Source of the DNA: Armatimonadota bacterium
GTDB lineage: Bacteria > Armatimonadota > Fimbriimonadia > Fimbriimonadales > GBS-DC
Direction: 5' to 3'
DNA: 64,000 nucleotides
Assembly (NCBI GenBank): GCA_037445735.1
Contig: JBBIJY010000014.1
Coordinates: 5,175-69,174 of the forward strand
Shown here: one piece after another, positions 41,229 through 49,542 of the stretch
Position numbering within the stretch: position 1 is the stretch's first letter
Layout of the letters: the number at the start of each line of letters is the position of its first letter
Notes under the pieces: generated by a model
Told to the model about the DNA's origin: nothing
The model's input: the letters and a program-made list of their open reading frames with translations, nothing else
Database searches by the model: none
Made by a program: the position numbers and the translations under genes

Positions 41229-41660
41229 TTACCTGACAGGTCGCTTGGGCGGGATGGGCTGTCCGTGCGGGCAGGTCTCAGGCTCGTTCATCAGGCGGGC
41301 GATGCGGTCTTCGAACTCTTCGGAGATGTGATGCTCCAGTCGTTCGGCTTCAGCATGAGCCGCTTCGGGGCTGAAGCCGAGATGCTCGCACAGGTAGCGC
41401 TCCAGCAGGCGGTGATGGCGCACGATCTCTTCGGCGTAGGCGCGTCCCTGCTCGGTCAGGCGCACGCCCCGATACGGCTGATGGCGCACCAGCCCCTGCT
41501 GTGCCAGCGATTTGCACATCTGCGATACTGCCGCAGGCGTGCAAGCCAGATGCTGTGCCAGCGCGGTCGTGCTGACAGGTTCCCCACCCTCGGACAGGCG
41601 CAGGATCGCCTTCAGATAGTCCTCCACCGAGACATTCCCACCAATTTTGCGATTCACCAA
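41229..41660 (-). CDS. DtxR/MntR metal-dependent repressor
   Basis: EDYLKAI; HHRLLE; AHAEAERLEH; CPHG.PIP. Confidence 0.92.
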   Translation of the reverse strand: MVNRKIGGNVSVEDYLKAILRLSEGGEPVSTTALAQHLACTPAAVSQMCKSLAQQGLVRHQPYRGVRLTEQGRAYAEEIVRHHRLLERYLCEHLGFSPEAAHAEAERLEHHISEEFEDRIARLMNEPETCPHGQPIPPKRPVR

Positions 41661-41710
41661 CAGGAATTATACCCGACCTGTAGTATAACCCCATTTGTGG
41701 GAGGCGAACG

Positions 41711-42520
41711 ATGCGCCAGAGAGCCTTTACCTTGATTGAGTTGCTGGTTGTGATAGCAATCATCGCCATTTTAGCGGCGATGCTGTTCCCGGTGTTCGCG
41801 CAATCGCGCGAATCGGCGCGTCAGGTGGTCTGCATGAGCAACCTGAAGCAGATTGGCAGCGCGATGCGGCTCTATCTCACCGATTACGACGAGATGTGGT
41901 TCCCCGCCTTCACCAGCGAGCGATTGCCTGGCTATCCGAACCCTTACAAGCCGTGGCTGGGGTTCGACACCACCAACGCGGCACCGATCGGCTGTTTCTA
42001 TGGCGACACCACCCAGCCCGCGCGCCGACCGCCCCGAACAGGCATTATTGACCCCTATCTGAAAGATGAGGGGGTCAAACGCTGTCCCAGCATGCCCTCG
42101 ATGTGGCAGACCGCGTATGTCATCAACTGGTTCCACTCAAACTATAACTCGCCCTACTATGCGCGCAACCCCAACGCGCGGGGCAACGAATACAGCCCCG
42201 CGGTCAAGCAATTTAACTCGTTCAACTGCACCTGTCTGCCCGCGCCCGACGCGGAGGTGGAGGAGCCGTCTCGCACGCTGATGATGTGGGAGCATGGCTA
42301 TCGCACGCCGCTGTGCAACTGGCTTCAGCAGGCGGACTGGCCGCTGCGCGGGCTGGAGTGGCAGCAGGGTCCGCCGCGCATTCCCGCCTATATGGACCAC
42401 TTCCATTTCCTGCATCGTGCGGGCGCCAGCACGCTCTGGGCGGATGGACACGCGCGACGGATGCTCTATGACCAGCTGCGCCGCCCGATGTTCTCCGCTA
42501 AAAAGAGCATCTATCAATAA
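41711..42520 (+). CDS. DUF1559 / prepilin-type protein (H-X9-DG)
   Basis: [14 protein letters not shown]; [14 protein letters not shown]. Confidence 0.92.
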   Translation: MRQRAFTLIELLVVIAIIAILAAMLFPVFAQSRESARQVVCMSNLKQIGSAMRLYLTDYDEMWFPAFTSERLPGYPNPYKPWLGFDTTNAAPIGCFYGDTTQPARRPPRTGIIDPYLKDEGVKRCPSMPSMWQTAYVINWFHSNYNSPYYARNPNARGNEYSPAVKQFNSFNCTCLPAPDAEVEEPSRTLMMWEHGYRTPLCNWLQQADWPLRGLEWQQGPPRIPAYMDHFHFLHRAGASTLWADGHARRMLYDQLRRPMFSAKKSIYQ

Positions 42521-42522
42521 GC

Positions 42523-42558
42523 AAAAGCCCCCGCCTCGCTGCTAAGGGAGACGGGGGC
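42523..42558 (-). terminator. Rho-independent terminator of the PEP-CTERM gene
   Basis: GCCCCCGTCTC...GAGGCGGGGGC-TTTT on the minus strand, between convergent genes. Confidence 0.75.
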
Positions 42559-42580
42559 ACAAGCGCGGCTCGCAACCCGC

Positions 42581-43243
42581 TTATGATTTACGCCGACGCA
42601 GGCGCAGGAAGCCTGCCAGACCCGCGCCTAACGCCAGCAGGCTCGCCGGCTCCGGCACCGCGTAGCGGAACAGAATCATGTCATATGGCTGTTGCAGGCG
42701 TGAGCCGGGAATATTTTGCCAGATTGGGGTTAGAGCAGGCATGCCGCCATAATTGGTGGGCAAGCCGAATCCGGCGAGGGCGGTGCCTGCAACCGCTGGC
42801 GACCACGCATTGCTGCTGTTGGCAGCAGCAATCCAGCTGCTCACGGTCGACTGGTTCGGCATATAGTAGTCGTTTGGCGGCGGATAGTTGCCAATCCACA
42901 CCGCTTCCCAGCCGCTGCCAGGAGTGATGGGCACATAGGGACCGCTTCCTATCTTCACATAGCCGCCCAGTCCCCAAACGGCTGCCCCGATGTCCCGGGC
43001 GACTACATACAGGTAGTCGGTCGTGCCGGCGCTGAAGGTGTAGTTGGCGGCGGTACCCCAGCCCAGAACTCCGCCGATGTAGGTCAGCGACGCACCTGAA
43101 GCATCACCCACATACAGGTCGTACTGGTCGTCAGCCGACATCCATACATTCAGACCCACGGCGTGCAGAGCCGAGAGGCTCAGCGTTAGCGCAATCAACA
43201 ATCCCGCAACTTTGAGCCGCACACCTGTGTTGGTTCGGTTCAT
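42581..43243 (-). CDS. PEP-CTERM sorting-domain surface protein
   Basis: Signal peptide; C-terminal VPEPASLLALGAGLAGFLRLRRRK. Confidence 0.93.
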   Translation of the reverse strand: MNRTNTGVRLKVAGLLIALTLSLSALHAVGLNVWMSADDQYDLYVGDASGASLTYIGGVLGWGTAANYTFSAGTTDYLYVVARDIGAAVWGLGGYVKIGSGPYVPITPGSGWEAVWIGNYPPPNDYYMPNQSTVSSWIAAANSSNAWSPAVAGTALAGFGLPTNYGGMPALTPIWQNIPGSRLQQPYDMILFRYAVPEPASLLALGAGLAGFLRLRRRKS

Positions 43244-43343
43244 CTCATAGACCTCCTCTTTGTTATACCACATGGCTGACAAAAAAATGGCTGACAAAAA
43301 AGTCAAGGCCCCCGTTCGGTTCATCTCATAGACCTCCTCTTTG
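43233..43343. repeat. 30-bp direct repeat (RBS plus start codon) flanking a 2x15-bp tandem
   Basis: GTTCGGTTCATCTCATAGACCTCCTCTTTG at 43233 and 43314; ATGGCTGACAAAAAA at 43272 and 43287. Confidence 0.9.
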
Positions 43344-43487
43344 GTGATAGGACCCACCCCATGTGCTTGCAGGTGCGTCCGATATACAGCCTGTAAAGCA
43401 ACTTTCATGCCAGAGCCGACAGGCACGAGCGCCTACTCTTTAAATGACTCGAAAAACCCCCAGAAGCGGACATCGAAGAGGTCGAAA

Positions 43488-44810
43488 TCAGGCGTGTCGC
43501 CTGCGCTGAATAACGCCCAAAATTAGGGCGAGCGCGCACAGCCAGGGCAGATAGTCGCCCAGCAGGGTATAGAGCGTGCCGCTGGGCGCGATACGCACCG
43601 TCGCCGTCAGCACAGTCGGCTCCATCTCTGGCGATTCCGCGACCACACGACCTACCCGATTGACAATCAACGAAACAGCCCTGCTTTCTGACCGCACAAT
43701 CGGCACTCGATGCTCTGCGGCACGAATGGTATGGATGGCGCCATGCAGATGATGAAACGCCAGATTGCCAGCAGTCGGATCATAAGTGGGCACGCCAATC
43801 AGCACCACACGCTTCTGGCACAGCTGGCGCACCGTGTCGGTAAACATCGTATCGTAGCAGATGGCGGCGCCCACAGGTCCGAATGGCGTCAGCAAAGGCT
43901 CCGCTTGCGTGCCCGGAATAGAGTTCTCACCAATGTAAGGGTGCATCTTGTGATAGGGTTGAGTCATTCTACCACCGGGGAAAGCGACCGCGGCGCAGTT
44001 GTAGTCGCCACTCCCAAACGCAACCATCACCGGGATACCCATCTGTTGCGTCAGCGGCACTGCCTCCCATTCAGCAATCGATAGCTCTGGTATCACGGCG
44101 AACTGCGCTCCCGATTGACGAACCTGCTGAATCAGCACGGGATCGGTGGGTTCACCCTGCACAGCAGCGACGCGCAGGGCTGTCCCGCGCGATTCGCTCC
44201 ACCATGCTGCGATCGCGCCCAGCAGGTGAATCGCTGCCACTATCAGCAGCATGGCTGTGAGGGCGGGCGTCCACCGCCGCATCGCGAGTGCGTAGCCCAG
44301 CGCGCCCCAGCCACCCCAGAGCAAAAGCGACAACCCCCAGGCGCCCGTCACCATCGCCAGCTGCAGAAAGGGCACATCGCGCCAGACCGCCAGCGCCACA
44401 TGGAACGGGATAAACACGCTGCCAACCAGATATTCCAGCAGTGTGCCCGCCGCGCCTATGAGCAGGACGGCTCGCAGCCGCGATAGATCACCCACATCAC
44501 GCGCAATCAGCCCCACCACGCCCACCGCCAGACCATAAATCAGGAAGGGTAGAGCCTCCACCAGCCGTTGAAACTCCAGCACGAACCCCATCACTGTCAG
44601 CCCTGCAAGCCAGCCGTGCAGCAGCCCCATCAAGAGCACCATCAGACGCGGCATTACCCAGAGGGCAGCAAAGAAAGGGGCGAGCGCAACGAAGGCAAGG
44701 GGCAGGTCATGAGGTGGCAGAGACACCCCCATCAAGAATCCACTCAGCACCACTTCCAGCGTCGCTGTTAGCCAATCGACCGCTTGCTTGCGCGTTACAA
44801 TCGTCGCCAT
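43488..44810 (-). CDS. lnt: Apolipoprotein N-acyltransferase-like protein
   Basis: About 7 TMs; IPE, YHK, AICYD triad; RAAEHR; TLYT..GD. Confidence 0.8.
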   Translation of the reverse strand: MATIVTRKQAVDWLTATLEVVLSGFLMGVSLPPHDLPLAFVALAPFFAALWVMPRLMVLLMGLLHGWLAGLTVMGFVLEFQRLVEALPFLIYGLAVGVVGLIARDVGDLSRLRAVLLIGAAGTLLEYLVGSVFIPFHVALAVWRDVPFLQLAMVTGAWGLSLLLWGGWGALGYALAMRRWTPALTAMLLIVAAIHLLGAIAAWWSESRGTALRVAAVQGEPTDPVLIQQVRQSGAQFAVIPELSIAEWEAVPLTQQMGIPVMVAFGSGDYNCAAVAFPGGRMTQPYHKMHPYIGENSIPGTQAEPLLTPFGPVGAAICYDTMFTDTVRQLCQKRVVLIGVPTYDPTAGNLAFHHLHGAIHTIRAAEHRVPIVRSESRAVSLIVNRVGRVVAESPEMEPTVLTATVRIAPSGTLYTLLGDYLPWLCALALILGVIQRRRHA

Positions 44811-44854
44811 CATGGAAAGTATACGCTCCTTTCTCCCAATCGCCTGCAACAACC

Positions 44855-45128
44855 GCTGCGGCTGGCAGCTTATTTGCGACAGGCAGGTGTAGAGGTGCTC
44901 CATACCACCGAGATGCCTCTGGGCAACCGCACGCCTGACGAAGCCATCAAACAGGTATCGGTCCTACAGGAGTATGTGGTGGTGACCAAAGATAGCGATT
45001 TCGTGGACAATCTGCTACTGCATGGCAATGTTTACAAGTTGCTTTTAGTCAGCAGGCGATTCTTGAGGCTTTATCGGGGGCGCAGTTTGTGGAACTGACG
45101 CGCACGGGTTTGATGATTCACTGGTAGG
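44855..45128 (+). pseudogene. Fragment of DUF5615 PIN-like toxin
   Basis: LAAYLRQAG..VLHT..P.GNRTPD..VVVTKDSDF..KLLLVS. N-terminus missing; C-terminal FVELTRTGLMIHW is in another frame. Confidence 0.7.
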
Positions 45129-45188
45129 ATGGCTCTTTGGGGGCCGGGTACACTGCGCGGCGATGATGTACGCACCGCTAATCAAACC

Positions 45189-46778
45189 TCAGTGACCCTT
45201 CCGCAGGATTCTGCCAGCGCGGTTGCCAGTGAACTGCCCGTCGCGCAGCACCCAGCGCCCGTTGAGGATGAGATGCACCACGCCTTCGGACAGCTGATGC
45301 GGCTCGCGGAAGGTGGCACGGTCGGCGATGCGGGCATCATCGAACACCACTATGTCGGCATATGCGCCTGGATGCAGGGTGCCGCGATCCGTGAGTCCCA
45401 GTCGGGCAGCGGGCAAACCTGTCATTTTGAAGATGGCTTCTTGCAGGGTCAGCAGTCGCTCTTCGCGCACATAGCGTCGGATCACGCGCGGGAAAGTGCC
45501 ATAACTGCGCGGGTGAGGGCGTTCCGCGCTCATCTTCTGCGGGTCATAGCCGACACCATCGGAGCCAATCATCGTGAGCGGGTAGCGCAGCACCGTGCGC
45601 AGGTCATCCTCACTCAGATTGAAGCAGGCGACGCCCACATAGAGACCATGCTCCAGCAGCAGGTCAATCACGAACTCTTCGGGCGATTGATTGGCAGCGG
45701 CGGCGGCTTCCGCAACGGTCAGCCCCTGCAGGGATCGATTGCCTGCCACTGAGCCAATCATGATGCTGTTCCAGTCGTCGTGCCGCTCGCGCATCTCCTG
45801 CACGATGCGTTCGCGGGTTGCGGGGTCGCGCAGGCGCTCGTACACTGCCTGTGGCTCGCCGTTCAGTACCCAGCTTGGCAGGCAGGCGACGCCCATCGAA
45901 GTCTGGTACGCCGTGTAGGGGTAGACATCGAGCATCACATCCAGCCCCTGCTTGACCGAATCGGAGACCCTCTGCAGCGTTTGCTTGACCTTGCCCCAGT
46001 TGGCGCGTCCTTCGGCTTTGTGGTGCGATAGCTGCAGGGGCAGTTCGGCGCGTTCGGCAATCTCGATGGCTTCCGCCACGCTCTCAATCAGGTGGTCGCC
46101 CTCGCTGCGCAGGTGGGTGGCGTAGAACCCGCCGTACTGCGCCGCGACCGTCGCCAGCTCAATCAGCTCCTGCGTGTCGGCGTAGCAGCCGGGCACATAC
46201 TCCAGCCCGGTGGAGAGTCCCCACGCGCCCGCCTCCATGCAGGTCGCCACCTCACGCTTCATCGCTTCGAGTTCGGCAGGCGTGGGACGACGCTGGTCGA
46301 AGCCCATCACTTTCTTGCGCAGTGTGCCATGCGCACACAGGAAAATCACATTGGTGCCGACGCCGCGCTCTTCCAGCTGGCGCAGATGCTCGTCGAAACT
46401 GTTCCAGTTGACCTCCGCACCGTAGGGCTTGAGCCAGCGCTGCTCCTGCTGGAAGATGGGGGTGGTGTCGGTTTGAGCGACACCCAGCCCGCAGTTGCCG
46501 ACCACCTGCGTGCCCACCCCCTGATACAGCACGCTCAGCTGTTCAGGATGGTGCGGCAGGGAGAAGTCGGAATGCGTGTGGATGTCGATGAAGGCGGGCG
46601 CCACGCATAGACCCGCCACATCCACCACCATGCCCGCCTCCCAGTCGTCCAGCGCGCCCATCGCGACGATTCGGTCGTCCCGAATGGCAATATCTCCCCG
46701 CTGAGCGGGCGCGCCTGTGCCGTCATAGAGCGTGCCACCGCGCAGCAGGAGGTCGCAACGCCGATGAACCAGTTGCAT
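45189..46778 (-). CDS. N-acyl-D-amino acid deacylase (amidohydrolase)
   Basis: PAFIDIHTHSD; GNCG; STGLEY.PG; SHHK; IGSDG; HPRSYGTFPR. Confidence 0.93.
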   Translation of the reverse strand: MQLVHRRCDLLLRGGTLYDGTGAPAQRGDIAIRDDRIVAMGALDDWEAGMVVDVAGLCVAPAFIDIHTHSDFSLPHHPEQLSVLYQGVGTQVVGNCGLGVAQTDTTPIFQQEQRWLKPYGAEVNWNSFDEHLRQLEERGVGTNVIFLCAHGTLRKKVMGFDQRRPTPAELEAMKREVATCMEAGAWGLSTGLEYVPGCYADTQELIELATVAAQYGGFYATHLRSEGDHLIESVAEAIEIAERAELPLQLSHHKAEGRANWGKVKQTLQRVSDSVKQGLDVMLDVYPYTAYQTSMGVACLPSWVLNGEPQAVYERLRDPATRERIVQEMRERHDDWNSIMIGSVAGNRSLQGLTVAEAAAAANQSPEEFVIDLLLEHGLYVGVACFNLSEDDLRTVLRYPLTMIGSDGVGYDPQKMSAERPHPRSYGTFPRVIRRYVREERLLTLQEAIFKMTGLPAARLGLTDRGTLHPGAYADIVVFDDARIADRATFREPHQLSEGVVHLILNGRWVLRDGQFTGNRAGRILRKGH

Positions 46779-46811
46779 AGAGAGCAGGATACCCCACCTG
46801 TGAAGCGGGAA

Positions 46812-47228
46812 TCAACCCTGCACACAGCGCAGGTGAACCCAGCCGCGGTTGGCATCGCGGGTGATGGGTTCGCCGACGGCAATCGTCTGGCGGCAGATGC
46901 GGCAGAAGCCCTCATAGCGGGCGGGGATACTGTGCTGAACGGGAGCGTTCATGCAGTCCACATGCACCCAGCGCCCACTTCGAGCGTGGCGCGTGATCAG
47001 CGCACCCTGTTGAATCGGTTGCAGGCAGGCGGGGCAGGTGCCCTCATAGCGAGCAAAGAGCAGCGGTGCACCCGCTTCCAGCAACTGCTCGTGTTGCTCC
47101 GTCAACAGGGCGAGCAGCTCACTGGCAAGGAGATCGATCTCTATAACCGACTCGTTCGATACGCGCGGAGGCGACTGATCTGGTTTGCCCTGCTCGACCC
47201 AGCGGCGATTTTCCGGGATTGGCTTCAT
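46812..47228 (-). CDS. Tandem CxxC-x20-HxxC zinc-finger protein
   Basis: ARYEGTCPAC..I..G..I..WVHVDC and ARYEGFCRIC..I..GEPI..WVHLRC; ATGA overlap with the upstream gene. Confidence 0.75.
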   Translation of the reverse strand: MKPIPENRRWVEQGKPDQSPPRVSNESVIEIDLLASELLALLTEQHEQLLEAGAPLLFARYEGTCPACLQPIQQGALITRHARSGRWVHVDCMNAPVQHSIPARYEGFCRICRQTIAVGEPITRDANRGWVHLRCVQG

Positions 47229-48712
47229 GCGGGACTCTCCTCCGTGTCGGGGGATGGCGCTTCGCTTCGGGGTCGTGGTGCGGGCGGCGCCTTCTGGCGG
47301 GGCGGCTTCAGGTAGCCACTGATGCCGTCCAGCCCGGTTGCCAGCAGGCTACCCGCCTCGCAGGAGCAGAGGAAGCAGCTCGGATTGCGTTCGGCTTCGG
47401 CGGGGAACGCCTGCTGCGCCACCAGGTCGTAATAGACATACGGCTGCGCGGGCAGGCAGCCCGTGGTCAGCTTCACGAACTCCCACACCAGCAGGTTCGC
47501 CACGACGCCGTTCAGGAACACCACCTGCGGGTTGGGTATCCGCTCGCCCTGAATGTAGCCGTGCTGGATCGACATGGCACGCTGTTCGGGCGTGAGCTGC
47601 TCTTCCACGCTCTGGCGCACCAGATGCCCGACACAGCTGAGGCAGGCGGTCTCGCCCGGCAGGATGAGCTGCACCTGTCCGCCGCCCTGCGCGATGCGTC
47701 CCGCCTCCGCGCGTATGCCGACGCCCGCGTCCAGATAGGGGATCAGCGCGCACACCGCCACCAGGTTCAAATACTGGCGCACGGTCGCGCTGTCCACCGC
47801 GCCGATCAGCACATCGCTTTCGAGCAGGGTGGTCAGCAGTTCGGGCGAGCGCGCATCGGCGGGCAGGGGCATGATGGTGCGCCATTCGGGGCTGCGAGCA
47901 CGATTGAACCAGAGTGCGAGCGCCTTCACCTTGCGCCAGCGCCGAATCGCGCGATACCAGGTGGCGCCCACGATACGGTTCAGATTGCTCAGCTCCAGTC
48001 GGTCGGGGTCGATCAGCGTCAGATGCCCGACGCCGAGCAGGGTGAGCGCCTGCGCAATCTGGGAGCCAAGCCCGCCCGCGCCCACAATCGCCACGCGCAG
48101 GTGGCTCAACAGCGCCTGACCCTCCACACCGAGCGCGCGCACCTGACGGTCGTACAGCTCCCGCTGGGCTTTGTCCAGCTCCGGCGGTGCAAGGTCAGTC
48201 GCATAGCGCATCTCGCAGGGCAGCCCCACGATGCGGATATGCTCAATCGGCACCACCTGCTGATTCACATAGTCCCACATGTGCCCGTCGAAGCCCATGT
48301 CGGAGCCGAACACCAGCGTGCCATGCCGAAACGGGGGCGACAGCACCTCGGTGACGCGGAACTTCTGATAGTCGCTCTGGTGATCAATCGAGGAGAAGCG
48401 CGGTTGAGGCGTCCACGGATGGGAGTGGGCTTCCAGCAGCGACCAGCCCTCCGCTTCACAGCGCGTCAGCAGGGCATGCACGAACTCCGGGCGGGTGATG
48501 ACGCGACTGGCGGAGCGCTCCTCGTAGGCGTCCGGCGGCACCTCCACCAGCTCGCGCACAAGGAACACCGCTCGCCCTGGCAGCTCCAGCGTGCGACACA
48601 GCATGAAGCACTTCGTCTCGACACAGCGGTCAGCGAGAAGCGCTTCGGTGAGGCGCGTCCAGAGCGTGCGCGTGATGCGTACCTCGCCACACAGAGCTTG
48701 CAACGGCTCCAC
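47225..48712 (-). CDS. JAB (JAMM) peptidase - ThiF/E1 adenylyltransferase fusion
   Basis: N-term E..HSHP..FSSID; C-term YDRQ..G..GQ..L, VGAGGLGS, DPDRLELSNLNR, AVDS, CLSC and CFLC. Confidence 0.9.
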   Translation of the reverse strand: MEPLQALCGEVRITRTLWTRLTEALLADRCVETKCFMLCRTLELPGRAVFLVRELVEVPPDAYEERSASRVITRPEFVHALLTRCEAEGWSLLEAHSHPWTPQPRFSSIDHQSDYQKFRVTEVLSPPFRHGTLVFGSDMGFDGHMWDYVNQQVVPIEHIRIVGLPCEMRYATDLAPPELDKAQRELYDRQVRALGVEGQALLSHLRVAIVGAGGLGSQIAQALTLLGVGHLTLIDPDRLELSNLNRIVGATWYRAIRRWRKVKALALWFNRARSPEWRTIMPLPADARSPELLTTLLESDVLIGAVDSATVRQYLNLVAVCALIPYLDAGVGIRAEAGRIAQGGGQVQLILPGETACLSCVGHLVRQSVEEQLTPEQRAMSIQHGYIQGERIPNPQVVFLNGVVANLLVWEFVKLTTGCLPAQPYVYYDLVAQQAFPAEAERNPSCFLCSCEAGSLLATGLDGISGYLKPPRQKAPPAPRPRSEAPSPDTEESPA

Positions 48713-48715
48713 TCC

Positions 48716-49165
48716 CTATCCGCGTCGCCAGCGTTCAAACGCCTTCTTAATGAGTTCGCAAACGCTCAGCAGGGAATGCCCTGCCAGCGGGTTCGCTGCA
48801 GGGTGCCACTCGTGGATATGCAGGCAGCAGGCGGTCCAGCCCTTCAGTGCCGGCGGCGCCTCACGGAACTGACCCCGATTGGGGTCATAGGAGGTGTCGC
48901 CGTAGAACACATGGGGCGGACGCTGCCCGTTCGCTAAGCGCAGGTTGTAATCCACATAGAACCAGTCGGGTGGGGTCTGGGGGTAGTGACGCGGCAGCAG
49001 GATCAGCACATCAGTGGTGGTGTAGTTGTAGCCACGGGGGAGCGGGAAGTCGTGAATGATGACCCACTCCCCGTCCTCGTCGTCATAGGAGGCTTGCTTC
49101 GTCTGCGAGTAGTGCGTCGCAGCGAGCGCCGCCTCGTAGGCGATCCGCTGCAGGCGTGTGTTCAT
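48716..49165 (-). CDS. Prokaryotic E2/UBC-fold protein (Prok-E2 family E-like)
   Basis: WVIIHDFPLPRGYN..TDVLILLP..YP..PPDWFY; W..CCLH..EWHP. Confidence 0.82.
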   Translation of the reverse strand: MNTRLQRIAYEAALAATHYSQTKQASYDDEDGEWVIIHDFPLPRGYNYTTTDVLILLPRHYPQTPPDWFYVDYNLRLANGQRPPHVFYGDTSYDPNRGQFREAPPALKGWTACCLHIHEWHPAANPLAGHSLLSVCELIKKAFERWRRG

Positions 49166-49195
49166 GGTGTCATCCCCGTGACAGCGATCCAGGGC

Positions 49196-49396
49196 TTAGC
49201 CGATACCGTCCTCCCAGCGCGGCAGCTCGGTGACGGCGGGTGCGCGGCGCACCACTTCCTGCGGCGTGGTCGGCTGAGATGGAGTGATCGGCGTGTTCAG
49301 CGTGGTCGGGTCGTTCGTGGTCGCAGGCGTCAGCGTAATCTCATAGTCGATGCCGTTCAGGCGAACCTTTTCCTTAACCGCGTTACCTGTTGGCAT
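49196..49396 (-). CDS. 66-aa putative modifier / Ubl-like peptide ending ...ELPRWEDGIG
   Basis: GAGGTG RBS, TATAAT upstream (49415-49420), first gene of the E2/E1-JAB operon, C-terminal Gly. Confidence 0.7.
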   Translation of the reverse strand: MPTGNAVKEKVRLNGIDYEITLTPATTNDPTTLNTPITPSQPTTPQEVVRRAPAVTELPRWEDGIG

Positions 49397-49542
49397 ATGG
49401 AACACCTCACCCCTATTATACCCCAAACCTCTGTCAAGAGTTCCCTGCAAAGGGGAGAAAAAATCCCGTTTCGCCTCCCAGAGGCATCGATAAAGCAGGA
49501 AAAGGGTGGCTGGCTGACGAATCATCCACACTGTGAGGTGAG

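Noticed and set aside
47225-49396. Thiamine/molybdopterin sulfur-carrier module, CBASS, or Pup/UBact
   Set aside because: No thi/moa/cys genes, no CD-NTase or effector and no PafA/Dop/proteasome genes nearby; an E2 is present and the peptide tail does not fit.
49415-49437. Canonical sigma70 promoter (TTGACA plus TATAAT) for the conjugation operon
   Set aside because: The spacer is only 11 bp, so only the -10 element is accepted.
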